A stretch of 26,114 nucleotides of DNA from a virus (Duplodnaviria; Caudoviricetes), in the IMG/VR virus record IMGVR_UViG_3300035680_000078, positions 1 through 26,114 of that record. The stretch is one strand, 5' to 3'. The notes under the pieces were generated by a model, which was given only the letters and a program-made list of their open reading frames with translations, did not search any database and was not told where the DNA came from. Each line of letters starts with the position of its first letter. The stretch's first letter is position 1. This document shows, piece by piece, positions 1-8,384 of this stretch. The translations under genes and the position numbers were made by a program.

Positions 1-3000
1 GGCCGGTGTGGCTTTGAACGTGAACGCCGGCTGGTCGGGTCGGGCAAAGGCCACCTTCTTGAAAAGCGTAGTGCCGCTGACCAGCAAAGGCTCGGTCACG
101 TTGTCGGGATCGACGCCCTGCTCGCGCATGGAGCGGTAGATGTATTTGGCCTTGGCGATGGAATCATCGGGCAGGGTTTCGATAATATCGGCCACGGTAG
201 CGAACCACCCTGGCCCCTTGACCGGCATAGGCGGAGCCAGCAGCACATTGCCTTTAATGGCGCGAAGCAGATAACGCCGGCGAGCGGTTGGCGCACCATA
301 TTCCGCGGCGTTGTAGACCGCCTCGTCAAATGTATATCCCTGCTCATCCAAGGCGCGGCGGATGATGTCCGCGGCTTCGGTCTTCCGGTATTCCGGCACG
401 TTCTCGATGGTGACCACGCTGGACTGCACCTCCTCGATATGCCGCGCCACCGCTTGCGCCGATTCGATGTCCAAGTCTTGTTCGCCCCCGCCCTTGGCCG
501 CGCTTTTGAGCAGCGAAGAATTTTTGCACACCGGCGAGGCGTGGTAATGGAATTTGCCGCGGTGCTCCTCCAGCGAAACCGTGCGGATGTCCGCTTCCTT
601 GACGTGGTCGCCGTGGGCGGCCCGATACGCTTGGGCGATGGCGGGGCTGTACTCGACGGCCAAAGTCGGAGTGACCAAGCCGGCCAGACCTATTTCGACT
701 AATCCCCCACCAGAAAAAGTAGTGATGCCTTCCGGCAACTTGTTGAGGTCTGCCATGCCTTTCTCCGGGCTGATGGCAAACGTGGATTCCGGCGTGGCAA
801 CCGGCTGTCCGTTGCGCGTCAGAATTTCGACTAATCCTTCATCAAAAATAACGTAGTTGTAAGTGGGGCCGAATGCCGCCTCTACCTCGGCTTTGGCTTC
901 CTCGAGCGTGGCGTGGAATCCCATGGCCACGTCATTGATTTCGCCGTTGCCGAGTTCTTCCACGTAGACCGCGTATCCCGTGTTGACCGGATAGATGTAT
1001 GCGTGGAGGTCATCCTCGGGAAATGCTTGGTTCCCGATCTTGGTGCGCCACCCGGCTTTGGGGATGCGGTCGCCGTCATATTTTTTCCATTTGATCTCGT
1101 AACGGTTGCGGCTGCCTTGATCCAAATAGCGGATGCCTTTTATGCCTTGCGCCACCATCGCCGTGGACACTTCTTTTTTTGCCTCTGATGTGGACTTAAA
1201 CCACGTTGATGGGTCTTGTTCTCCGTTGCGTTGAATCACGCCGGCCTCAAACCAAGAATAGATGCCTTCTCCAGTTGTGGCTTTTTCAATGCCGCTGGTG
1301 TCTGTTTCGTTTTGCAGCAATGCGTCGATTGCTTTTTTGACCCGCGCACTTTGCGCTGACAACGGGCTGTCCCAATCCAGCATTGAATTTTTTGAGACAT
1401 CCAACGACACCTCGTACATGTTTCCGAATGTCTGGTAGTTGGCCCTTTGGAAATACTCCAATGCCCGGTCATCCCAGTTGTTTTCCCTGCCGTAGCTGAT
1501 TACGTCTTCAACAGTCTCGTGCAGCATCAAACGCTCAAGTCCGTCGAGCACTGAATACTTCCATTCGCTGCCATCGCGCATCGCTTGCTGTTCAATGGAT
1601 TTGTATTCTTCGTTGATCTGCCGCCCGTTGATTTTTTGCTCGTCGGGATTGTAGGCCAACTTAATCCGGTATTCTTCAGCTACATCCCGTTTTTGGGCGA
1701 AATACAACCCCCACCCATAAACAACAGCCCCTTCTCCGGTAAGAATTTTGGAAGTTTCAAACTTATCAAACTCCGCACGGGAGCCATGCCACACTTTAAT
1801 TGCAAACGTAGTCGGTCCCACCACAGTGCTTCCGTCTGGAAGCATAACGGTTGGCGCGTTCGGGTCCAGGGCCGTGGCCCGCAAAGGCTCGGTTCTTCCG
1901 TTGACCTCCGCCCTCGCCTGCTGGGCCGCCTGCACTCCGATCTGCCGGTCAATGTCGAGGCCCACGCTCTGGGCGAGGAATGCCTCGAATTCCGGTGCGA
2001 TTTGGCCGGCGGCGATGGCTTCTTTGATGCGGATGCCGCGGGCGAAGATGGCGGCGAAATATTCTTTCAATGCCTCGAAGAAGGCGCGGAGGCGGGACGA
2101 GACGCGGGCGTTGTCCAGGTTGCCACTGTAGTAGGCCACCGACATGGTGCTGACGGCCTCGACTACGTCACGTGACGTGAAGTCTTCCTCGAGCAGGCTG
2201 TCGCCGGTGCCGGATTCGTATTCCCGAATCCACCCCACCATATCGGCCTCGGAGAATTGGCCGGATTGCAGGGCCATCTTGTATTGGCCCTCGGCGCGGT
2301 CTTCGAGGACGGCGCGGATTTCCTCGGGGGACTTGGCCTTGACCACGCGGGTGATGCTTTGGAAAAGACCTTCTTTGACCTGCTCGAGGGTATTGACCGC
2401 GGTGATGTTGACCGCGGCTCCCGGCTGCCACGTCTGGCCTGTCTCGCGCTCCCACTGGGCGATGCGCCTTTGCAGCTGCTCGGGCGTCATGTTGTTGTAG
2501 CGGTTGATGACCTCTTGGGTGGCCACCTCGATCTGCTCGCTGAATCCTTCTGGGTTGGTCGCTTGGCCGGCCTCAAGGAGGGCGTTGATCAGTTCCCCTT
2601 GGACGCTGGCAAAAAGTGTTTCGCTGCTGCCGGCGATGCGCTCAAATTCATAGAACGCGGTATCCACGTCCACGCGGTCCGCGATGGTATTGCCCTCGGC
2701 GTCGAGCACGGTGAAGCGGTCCCCATCCCGGCGGATGCTGGGCTGGAAAGGATCGGCGGGTTCCTGTAGCTGGGCCATGGTGTCCACGAAAAGCTGGCGG
2801 CGTCCGGCCTCGATAAGGGCGGGGTCGCGGGCGGCCTCGGCTTCCTTGAACGCGGCCACGCGCTCCTTCTTGGTCAGAGCGGTTGAGACGCGGTCGGCCT
2901 GCTCCTCGCTCATGCCAAAATACTTGAGCATCTTCTTATCCTGGAGGTAGGCCGCGTTGCGCCCGATCTCCTGCGAGGTGATGAAAGGCAGGCCGGTGAG

Positions 3001-4695
3001 GGTGAAGAGCAGCATGGTCACCGCGGTGACGCCCAGTTCCTCGTCAAATGCTTCGATGTCTTTGCGCCAATCGTAGTCCGGTATGTCATCGCTCAAGGCG
3101 GCCCCGAGAGTTTGCAGGATGGGCAGGACGCGGTTCTGGGACAGTTCGATGCCGGTTTCCAATCCAAAGGTGGCGGTGCCTCGGGCGATGATACGCGTCA
3201 TGGGATTGCGCGAAGGCTTGAGGAAAAATTTGATGGCGCGGTCGAGGGACACGAATCGGCCCATGACCAAGTTGGCTTGGATTAGCTCGAGGCCGGCGGC
3301 CATGGGGGCGGCCAAGGCGGAAATCGCTGCCGCTTGGTCGGGGTCCATGTCGGGGTACTCGAGGAGGAGGTCATCCTTGTATTGCCCAAAGAAGGACGCG
3401 GTGATGGCGGGGAATCCGACAAAGGGAATGGCAGCAATGCCGGCGTAAGGGATCGATCCGACAAAGCCGTAGAAGCCCTGCTCCCACGTGGGCCAATCGG
3501 TGACCACCTTGATCGGGTCGATCTGGGTATCGGCCAGGTTGACCAGTTCGCGCTTGATCTGGAGGATCTTCAGTTTGCGGGCGGCGTCCGTCTTGAGCTT
3601 CTCGCGCTGCTCCGCGGTGATCGGGGCTTGGCCGGACGTGGGCGCTTGGCTCAAGCCTTTGCTCCCGTCGAGGTTGGTCGCCTCGTAGAGCGGAAGGTCG
3701 CCTTGCAATAGACGCTGCTGGCCGCGGATCGATTCCTCGGTGAAGTTGCGGCTGATGCGCTCGCCCATCTCGCGGGTGAGGAAGCGGCCCAAGGTTTCCG
3801 CGGCTTGGTAGAAGATGCCCTTGTCCACTTGGTTGAGTTCGGCAAAGGCACCGGCCAGAAGGTAGATCGATTGCCGGCGCTCGGTCGGCATGTCGGCAAA
3901 CTTCTCGAGGATCTGCTCGGTCTGGAAGTTGAGCATCTCGGGGTCGTTCAGATCGACCTCGCCCGCGGGGGCGGCCTCGGGCTGCTTGACCGCCAGATTC
4001 ATCACCGGACCCAGACCGCCCACCGTGCCGGCGGGGTTGGGTTGCTCGCCGGCCAGTTCGTATTCCTGTCCCCGTCCGGTCTGCTTGCTGACGATATCAA
4101 AGAGCCAGCGGGCCTCGTCCCCGATGGAATCATTGGCGCGGCGGAGGTTGTCCGCCATCTTGTCCGCGTTCTCCCGGATACGGAGCCGGTCTTCATCGGA
4201 GAGGATTTCGCCGGCCTCGGTGAGCTTTTGCTCGAGGAGCGGGCGGTAGGCAGGCTGGCCGGTGATGTCGGTGCCGGCTTGGGAATCGAAGAGGCCCTGG
4301 AAGACCGATTTCTGCACCTCTTGGTAGATGCCATCCGCCGCGGTGTTGACCTCGTTCTCGCGGTCAAACTGCTTTTTGAAATAGTTGAAGAGGCCCTCGT
4401 CGGAGAGCGTGGGCGTTTGCAGCGCGGTCTTGCCGATCTCGTTTTTCTTGGCCTCGTAGATGGCGGGCATTTCCTCCGCAGGGATCTCGAGGCTGCTCGA
4501 CAAGTAGGCAATGTTGGCCTGCCGCTTGGCGTACGTTTCGGGGAAAGGCGAGAGGGACGCGCCGGTCTGGATGGCCGGACGCTTGGCAAACTCCCCGAAA
4601 TAGTCGGGGTCGGTATAGACGCGGTTCCAGTGATTGTCGGGAAGTTCGCGGTCCCGGCTTTCGATGGCCAGCTGTTGTCCTTCGTTGGGCGTCAT
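1..4695 (-). CDS. Giant internal virion/ejection protein (T7 gp16-like position, large polyvalent protein type) with ART-like and C5-methyltransferase domains; runs off the left edge
   Basis: ATG at 4695 overlaps the TGA of the upstream gene (ATGA). Begins MTPNEGQQLAIESRDRELPDNHWNRVY. No in-frame stop in the stretches I translated, and no ORF from 4695 in the track, which fits a frame open to position 1. Contains VWHGS..FDKF..GEG..YGWGLYF (~1690-1797), LDWDSPLS, GIRYLDQGSR, NYVIFD (~843-860), and MTase motifs FSGGG, HASPVC, ENV, YGAPTARRR (~265-720). Last of a run of internal virion genes. Confidence 0.85.
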   Translation of the reverse strand, partial: MTPNEGQQLAIESRDRELPDNHWNRVYTDPDYFGEFAKRPAIQTGASLSPFPETYAKRQANIAYLSSSLEIPAEEMPAIYEAKKNEIGKTALQTPTLSDEGLFNYFKKQFDRENEVNTAADGIYQEVQKSVFQGLFDSQAGTDITGQPAYRPLLEQKLTEAGEILSDEDRLRIRENADKMADNLRRANDSIGDEARWLFDIVSKQTGRGQEYELAGEQPNPAGTVGGLGPVMNLAVKQPEAAPAGEVDLNDPEMLNFQTEQILEKFADMPTERRQSIYLLAGAFAELNQVDKGIFYQAAETLGRFLTREMGERISRNFTEESIRGQQRLLQGDLPLYEATNLDGSKGLSQAPTSGQAPITAEQREKLKTDAARKLKILQIKRELVNLADTQIDPIKVVTDWPTWEQGFYGFVGSIPYAGIAAIPFVGFPAITASFFGQYKDDLLLEYPDMDPDQAAAISALAAPMAAGLELIQANLVMGRFVSLDRAIKFFLKPSRNPMTRIIARGTATFGLETGIELSQNRVLPILQTLGAALSDDIPDYDWRKDIEAFDEELGVTAVTMLLFTLTGLPFITSQEIGRNAAYLQDKKMLKYFGMSEEQADRVSTALTKKERVAAFKEAEAARDPALIEAGRRQLFVDTMAQLQEPADPFQPSIRRDGDRFTVLDAEGNTIADRVDVDTAFYEFERIAGSSETLFASVQGELINALLEAGQATNPEGFSEQIEVATQEVINRYNNMTPEQLQRRIAQWERETGQTWQPGAAVNITAVNTLEQVKEGLFQSITRVVKAKSPEEIRAVLEDRAEGQYKMALQSGQFSEADMVGWIREYESGTGDSLLEEDFTSRDVVEAVSTMSVAYYSGNLDNARVSSRLRAFFEALKEYFAAIFARGIRIKEAIAAGQIAPEFEAFLAQSVGLDIDRQIGVQAAQQARAEVNGRTEPLRATALDPNAPTVMLPDGSTVVGPTTFAIKVWHGSRAEFDKFETSKILTGEGAVVYGWGLYFAQKRDVAEEYRIKLAYNPDEQKINGRQINEEYKSIEQQAMRDGSEWKYSVLDGLERLMLHETVEDVISYGRENNWDDRALEYFQRANYQTFGNMYEVSLDVSKNSMLDWDSPLSAQSARVKKAIDALLQNETDTSGIEKATTGEGIYSWFEAGVIQRNGEQDPSTWFKSTSEAKKEVSTAMVAQGIKGIRYLDQGSRNRYEIKWKKYDGDRIPKAGWRTKIGNQAFPEDDLHAYIYPVNTGYAVYVEELGNGEINDVAMGFHATLEEAKAEVEAAFGPTYNYVIFDEGLVEILTRNGQPVATPESTFAISPEKGMADLNKLPEGITTFSGGGLVEIGLAGLVTPTLAVEYSPAIAQAYRAAHGDHVKEADIRTVSLEEHRGKFHYHASPVCKNSSLLKSAAKGGGEQDLDIESAQAVARHIEEVQSSVVTIENVPEYRKTEAADIIRRALDEQGYTFDEAVYNAAEYGAPTARRRYLLRAIKGNVLLAPPMPVKGPGWFATVADIIETLPDDSIAKAKYIYRSMREQGVDPDNVTEPLLVSGTTLFKKVAFARPDQPAFTFKATPA
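693..705 (-). promoter_or_regulatory. Dispersed motif copy 1, GGATTAGTCGAAA (in CDS, encodes GLVE)
   Basis: Exact match read from sequence. Confidence 0.7.
825..837 (-). promoter_or_regulatory. Dispersed motif copy 2, GGATTAGTCGAAA (in CDS, encodes GLVE)
   Basis: Exact match. Confidence 0.7.
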
Positions 4696-6965
4696 GCTTG
4701 GGCCATGGCGAGGACCGCGGATTTACGAGACAAACGCTCGCGCACCCAATCGATGAAGTCCTGGTTGGTCTTGATGTCGGAGAGCCATTTGTTGGCCCGC
4801 ATGACGCGGCTGGCGTGGCCCTTGCCGCCGGTGCGGTCAAGCGTGGCTCGGAAGTCCGCATCGGGGTTTTTGAGGATGGCCGGACCGGCCCCGATGCCTT
4901 GATAGTGTATGACATAAAGTTCGATGGGGTCGGGGTCGCGTCCGAGGGCGCGGCGGGCGGCTTGGATATTGGTCTTGGTCTTGGCCAAGCCGGCGCGGAT
5001 CTGGCCTTCCACGCTATTGTCCCCGCCGTAGCGTTTGCGGTCCCCGTCGAGCAGCTGGAAGAGGCCGCGGGCCGAGGAGGTCTTCGCTGCGGTGTTCGGG
5101 TTGAAATTGCTCTCCTGCTCAACCAGCAGCATGAGGTGGGGCACGTAGTCCCCCAGCCCGGATTGGCCGGCCATCTCGGCTATGCGCTGGGCCACGGGCT
5201 GCTTGTCCGCGGGCATGGCCGCAAGATTAAATCCCGCGGGCGCGGAAGGCGCACCGGCCACCGGCGGAAGCGGAGCATCGGCCTCGAGGCCATCGGTGAG
5301 CGACGAGCTTCCCCAGGACAAGCCGGCGGTCATCACGTTGGGGTTGTTGGCGGTCGGGTTGACCGCGGCACCAAACCAATCGCCCAGCTTTTCAAGAAAC
5401 GAACGGTTGTCCGGTCCGCGGAAGAATTCCTGTGCGGCCTTGTCACTGAATCCGCCGTTGTTGAAAAGGTCTTGGAATTGCTTAAATGCCTCGTCCGAGG
5501 TGATGCTCGGGTTGCGATCAAAGATCCCTTCCACGGCGTCGAGTAGTTCCGCCTGCTTCTGCTCCACGGCGAGAAACTTCGGGTAATTCAAAGGCTTGCC
5601 TTCACGGTCTACCCCGCCGTCATCTCCGAGAACCTTGGTGCTTTTTCGCAGCAGGTTAACTTGCTGGGTCAGCGTTTGGCGCATGATGACCTGGGCGCTG
5701 TCGAGCTTGCCCTCGTTCTTTTTGCGGGCCTCTGCGATGCGGCGTTCGATGGGCGCGGTGAAGCGTTCGATGTAACCGGCGGGCATGTTGGCGCGGACCG
5801 AGGCGTCCAAGGCCATGTATTCCCCGAATGACTTTTCGGTCAGTTCCCCGGTGGCGTTGTCGATCTCGGGCTGGAATTGGCGGACGCGGAAGAAGAGGTC
5901 GTTCTGCTTTTGCACAAACTGGGCCTGCCCTTCCGGCGTGTTGTCATAGGCCACCTTCCAGTTGTTGATGAGGGCCTCGACGTTTTCCTGCGGGATGCGG
6001 GCTTGCTCGCCAAGCTGGCGGATCTGCTCGTCGTTGATGCCTTGGGGATTCTTGAGCGAGAGGTCGCTGATCTGGGTGATGGCTTGCCTTTGCAATTGCA
6101 TGCGCTGACCACGGGCATTGTCGCGGGCCTGCATGAAAGCGTACGCATCGAGCAGATCGTATTCCTTGGACTTGCCCCCACCCTCGGTGAGCACGGCGTT
6201 GAAGTGTTCTTCGGCGGCAAAGGGGTCGAGGGCGATGCGCTGTTGCACCCCAGACAGTTGCTGCTTCTTGTCCAGTTCGAGCAGCTGCATTTGCTCGGTG
6301 CCGCTATCGATATGGCCGGCGGCCTTGCGCTTGGCCACCGTGGCGGCGGCGGTTTCCCAATCGCCCATTTCCTCGGCGCGTTTTTGCAAGGCTTCCATTT
6401 CGCGGTCCGCGTTTTGGATCTGGCGTTTGCGGGCCGTGGTGGAAACGTCCACCGTGTAGTTGATCGTCTTGTTGTCGATCAGCACCTGGGCTTTGGCCTT
6501 GCCGGTTTCGGAAAATGGCAGGGCCTCAAATTGTTTCATGGCCGCGGCCTTGCGCTTCTCCCATTCGGGCAGCAGCTGGTCAGCCTGCTTGTCCTGGCTC
6601 CACGTGAGGAAGTCGCCGTAGCTCTGGGCCAGGGTGTTGTCGATCTTGGCCAAGTTGCCCTCGTCGCGGGACCGCTGCATCTGCATGGAAAGGTCCATGA
6701 GGTTGCTCGCCACCTTGGCTCCGGTGGCCCCGAAATCCGCCCAAGCGCGGGAAGCGTAGTCGATAAACTCGACCGGCTGGGGCGTGGGCGCGTCGAGCAG
6801 CTGGGCCGTCTGCGAAAGGATAGCGTTGCCGCGGCTGAAGTTCGGCGCATTGAGGACCGGCGCGGAATAAGCGCGAGCGGACCCGGGGATCGGCGTGTTG
6901 GGCAACGGGGCCGATCCGGGCACCGCGTTGGGCGCGTTGGGAATCTGGTTAACGGGGACGGCCAT
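4692..6965 (-). CDS. Internal virion protein (gp15-like position) with C-terminal SLT-type lytic transglycosylase domain
   Basis: 757 aa, helical N-terminal region. C-terminal LVEQESNFNP (catalytic ES), SSARGLFQL and LYVIHYQG are lysozyme-like/SLT motifs. Lies between the tail genes and the giant protein. Confidence 0.8.
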   Translation of the reverse strand: MAVPVNQIPNAPNAVPGSAPLPNTPIPGSARAYSAPVLNAPNFSRGNAILSQTAQLLDAPTPQPVEFIDYASRAWADFGATGAKVASNLMDLSMQMQRSRDEGNLAKIDNTLAQSYGDFLTWSQDKQADQLLPEWEKRKAAAMKQFEALPFSETGKAKAQVLIDNKTINYTVDVSTTARKRQIQNADREMEALQKRAEEMGDWETAAATVAKRKAAGHIDSGTEQMQLLELDKKQQLSGVQQRIALDPFAAEEHFNAVLTEGGGKSKEYDLLDAYAFMQARDNARGQRMQLQRQAITQISDLSLKNPQGINDEQIRQLGEQARIPQENVEALINNWKVAYDNTPEGQAQFVQKQNDLFFRVRQFQPEIDNATGELTEKSFGEYMALDASVRANMPAGYIERFTAPIERRIAEARKKNEGKLDSAQVIMRQTLTQQVNLLRKSTKVLGDDGGVDREGKPLNYPKFLAVEQKQAELLDAVEGIFDRNPSITSDEAFKQFQDLFNNGGFSDKAAQEFFRGPDNRSFLEKLGDWFGAAVNPTANNPNVMTAGLSWGSSSLTDGLEADAPLPPVAGAPSAPAGFNLAAMPADKQPVAQRIAEMAGQSGLGDYVPHLMLLVEQESNFNPNTAAKTSSARGLFQLLDGDRKRYGGDNSVEGQIRAGLAKTKTNIQAARRALGRDPDPIELYVIHYQGIGAGPAILKNPDADFRATLDRTGGKGHASRVMRANKWLSDIKTNQDFIDWVRERLSRKSAVLAMAQA

Positions 6966-6967
6966 GG

Positions 6968-7945
6968 CTATGCGAATGCTCCCGATTTCACGTCACGGCG
7001 GTAGCCACTGTAGAGTTGGCCGGCTTGGCTCATGCCGCCAAACAGCGTGCCGTAGGCATCGATCTGGTAGGCTTGGCTTTGGTTCATTCCCTGCATGTAG
7101 GTGCCGCGGGCCGCGTTCATGTCATAGGTCAGCTTTTGGCTGATCATTTGGCGGTCGCGTGCGATGGCGCTGCCCTGGTATTGGGCGGCGGCCAGTTCGT
7201 ATTGCGCGGACTGACGTTCGAGGTTGAGGTTGGAAAGTTCGGCTTGGGCTTTGAGGTCCATGACCTGCCCGTCCATCATGGCGTCCTGTCCGACAAAGCG
7301 GGTTTGCCATAGCTCCAAGGCACTGCCATAGCGTCCGGCATCGGCTTTGGTACGAAGGGCTTGGCTTTGCAGTCCGGCCTCGTAGAAGGCATCGGCCACG
7401 CCCAGTTCCATGAGGCCGGCGGTTTCGGCCATGACCATGAGCGGGCTGCCCTCGAAGGTGACGGCGCTCTTGCCCTGCCTGCCGCGGAGAGAGGACATGA
7501 TCTTCTCGTTCTGCTCGCGTTGGCGGCGGGCGCGTTCGCGGGCTTGGGCTTCGACCAGGTTGGCCTCTTGGTCTTGGGACGCGGCGTTTCGCTGGGCGAT
7601 CAGCGCATTGTTTTGCATCGCCATGATCTGTGAGTCGGAGCGCGATTGCAGATTGCGCTGGTTGAGCAGGTTCATCTGCTGGCTCATCTGCATGTTTTTC
7701 GCTATCGCATTTTGCGAGGCCAAAGCCTGCTGCTGGGCCAAAGCATTCTGCTGGCTCATCAGCTGGTTTTGCACCATGGCGTTGTTGGCAGCGATCTGGG
7801 CCGCCTGCATTTGCAGATTCTGATTGTAGGCCGCCATTTGCGCGGCGGCTTGCGCTTGCTGCATCTGGCCATACATGGCCACGCCCGTGGAAGCCACAGA
7901 CCCAACAATCGCAGCAACAGCAATAAATTCAGCGCCCGTTCCCAT
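6968..7945 (-). CDS. Internal virion protein (gp14-like position), Gln/Ala/Met-rich
   Basis: 325 aa with hydrophobic N-terminus (FIAVAAIVGSVASTGVAMYG), long Q/A-rich helical body and a G..SAVTFEGSPL motif typical of podoviral ejection proteins; gene order. Confidence 0.7.
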   Translation of the reverse strand: MGTGAEFIAVAAIVGSVASTGVAMYGQMQQAQAAAQMAAYNQNLQMQAAQIAANNAMVQNQLMSQQNALAQQQALASQNAIAKNMQMSQQMNLLNQRNLQSRSDSQIMAMQNNALIAQRNAASQDQEANLVEAQARERARRQREQNEKIMSSLRGRQGKSAVTFEGSPLMVMAETAGLMELGVADAFYEAGLQSQALRTKADAGRYGSALELWQTRFVGQDAMMDGQVMDLKAQAELSNLNLERQSAQYELAAAQYQGSAIARDRQMISQKLTYDMNAARGTYMQGMNQSQAYQIDAYGTLFGGMSQAGQLYSGYRRDVKSGAFA

Positions 7946-8369
7946 GGTCTTCCTCCGGTTCGATGGTAATGCCCACCATGCTGACCAAGTTGGTCATCTC
8001 GGTCTTGAATCCGAAACGCTCGAGGTAGCGGGCAATGGGCGCAATGGTGGTCACGCGCATGATCGGGTAAGCGTTGCTCGCAGCGAACCGGCGCATGTAG
8101 GTGAAAAGGTTTTCCAGCGCATCGCGGCTTTGCGAGAGCTTCAGCTTGGGACGGGTCACCGGATACTCGGCCCAGCAGACGCCCACGCTGTTGTCCATGT
8201 AGAGCCAGAGCGCGGCCACCGGCTCTTGGTCCATCGTGCAGACCACGCCCAGCTTGGGCAGGATTTGCTCGGGCGGACACTTCGCGCCGTGGACAGCGAA
8301 CCAATCGGAGATCATCCCGTAGTCGGATTCCGGCTGGTAAAAGCGAAGTTGGTAGAGGTGCTTGCTCAT
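7929..8369 (-). CDS. Putative GNAT-like protein (gp13-like position)
   Basis: 146 aa directly after tail tubular B; C-terminal ARYLERFGFK resembles the end of a GNAT fold; gene order. Confidence 0.55.
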   Translation of the reverse strand: MSKHLYQLRFYQPESDYGMISDWFAVHGAKCPPEQILPKLGVVCTMDQEPVAALWLYMDNSVGVCWAEYPVTRPKLKLSQSRDALENLFTYMRRFAASNAYPIMRVTTIAPIARYLERFGFKTEMTNLVSMVGITIEPEEDHGNGR

Positions 8370-8370
8370 C

Positions 8371-8383
8371 GGGTTAGTCGAAA
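8371..8383 (+). promoter_or_regulatory. Dispersed motif copy 3, GGGTTAGTCGAAA (inverted, intergenic)
   Basis: Fills the 15-nt gap between tail tubular B and the next gene. Confidence 0.7.
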
Positions 8384-8384
8384 A

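Noticed and set aside
1-4695. Apparent gene-poor region or stop-codon reassignment
   Set aside because: Explained by one long minus-strand ORF lacking a stop within the window; other genes end normally at TAA, TAG or TGA.
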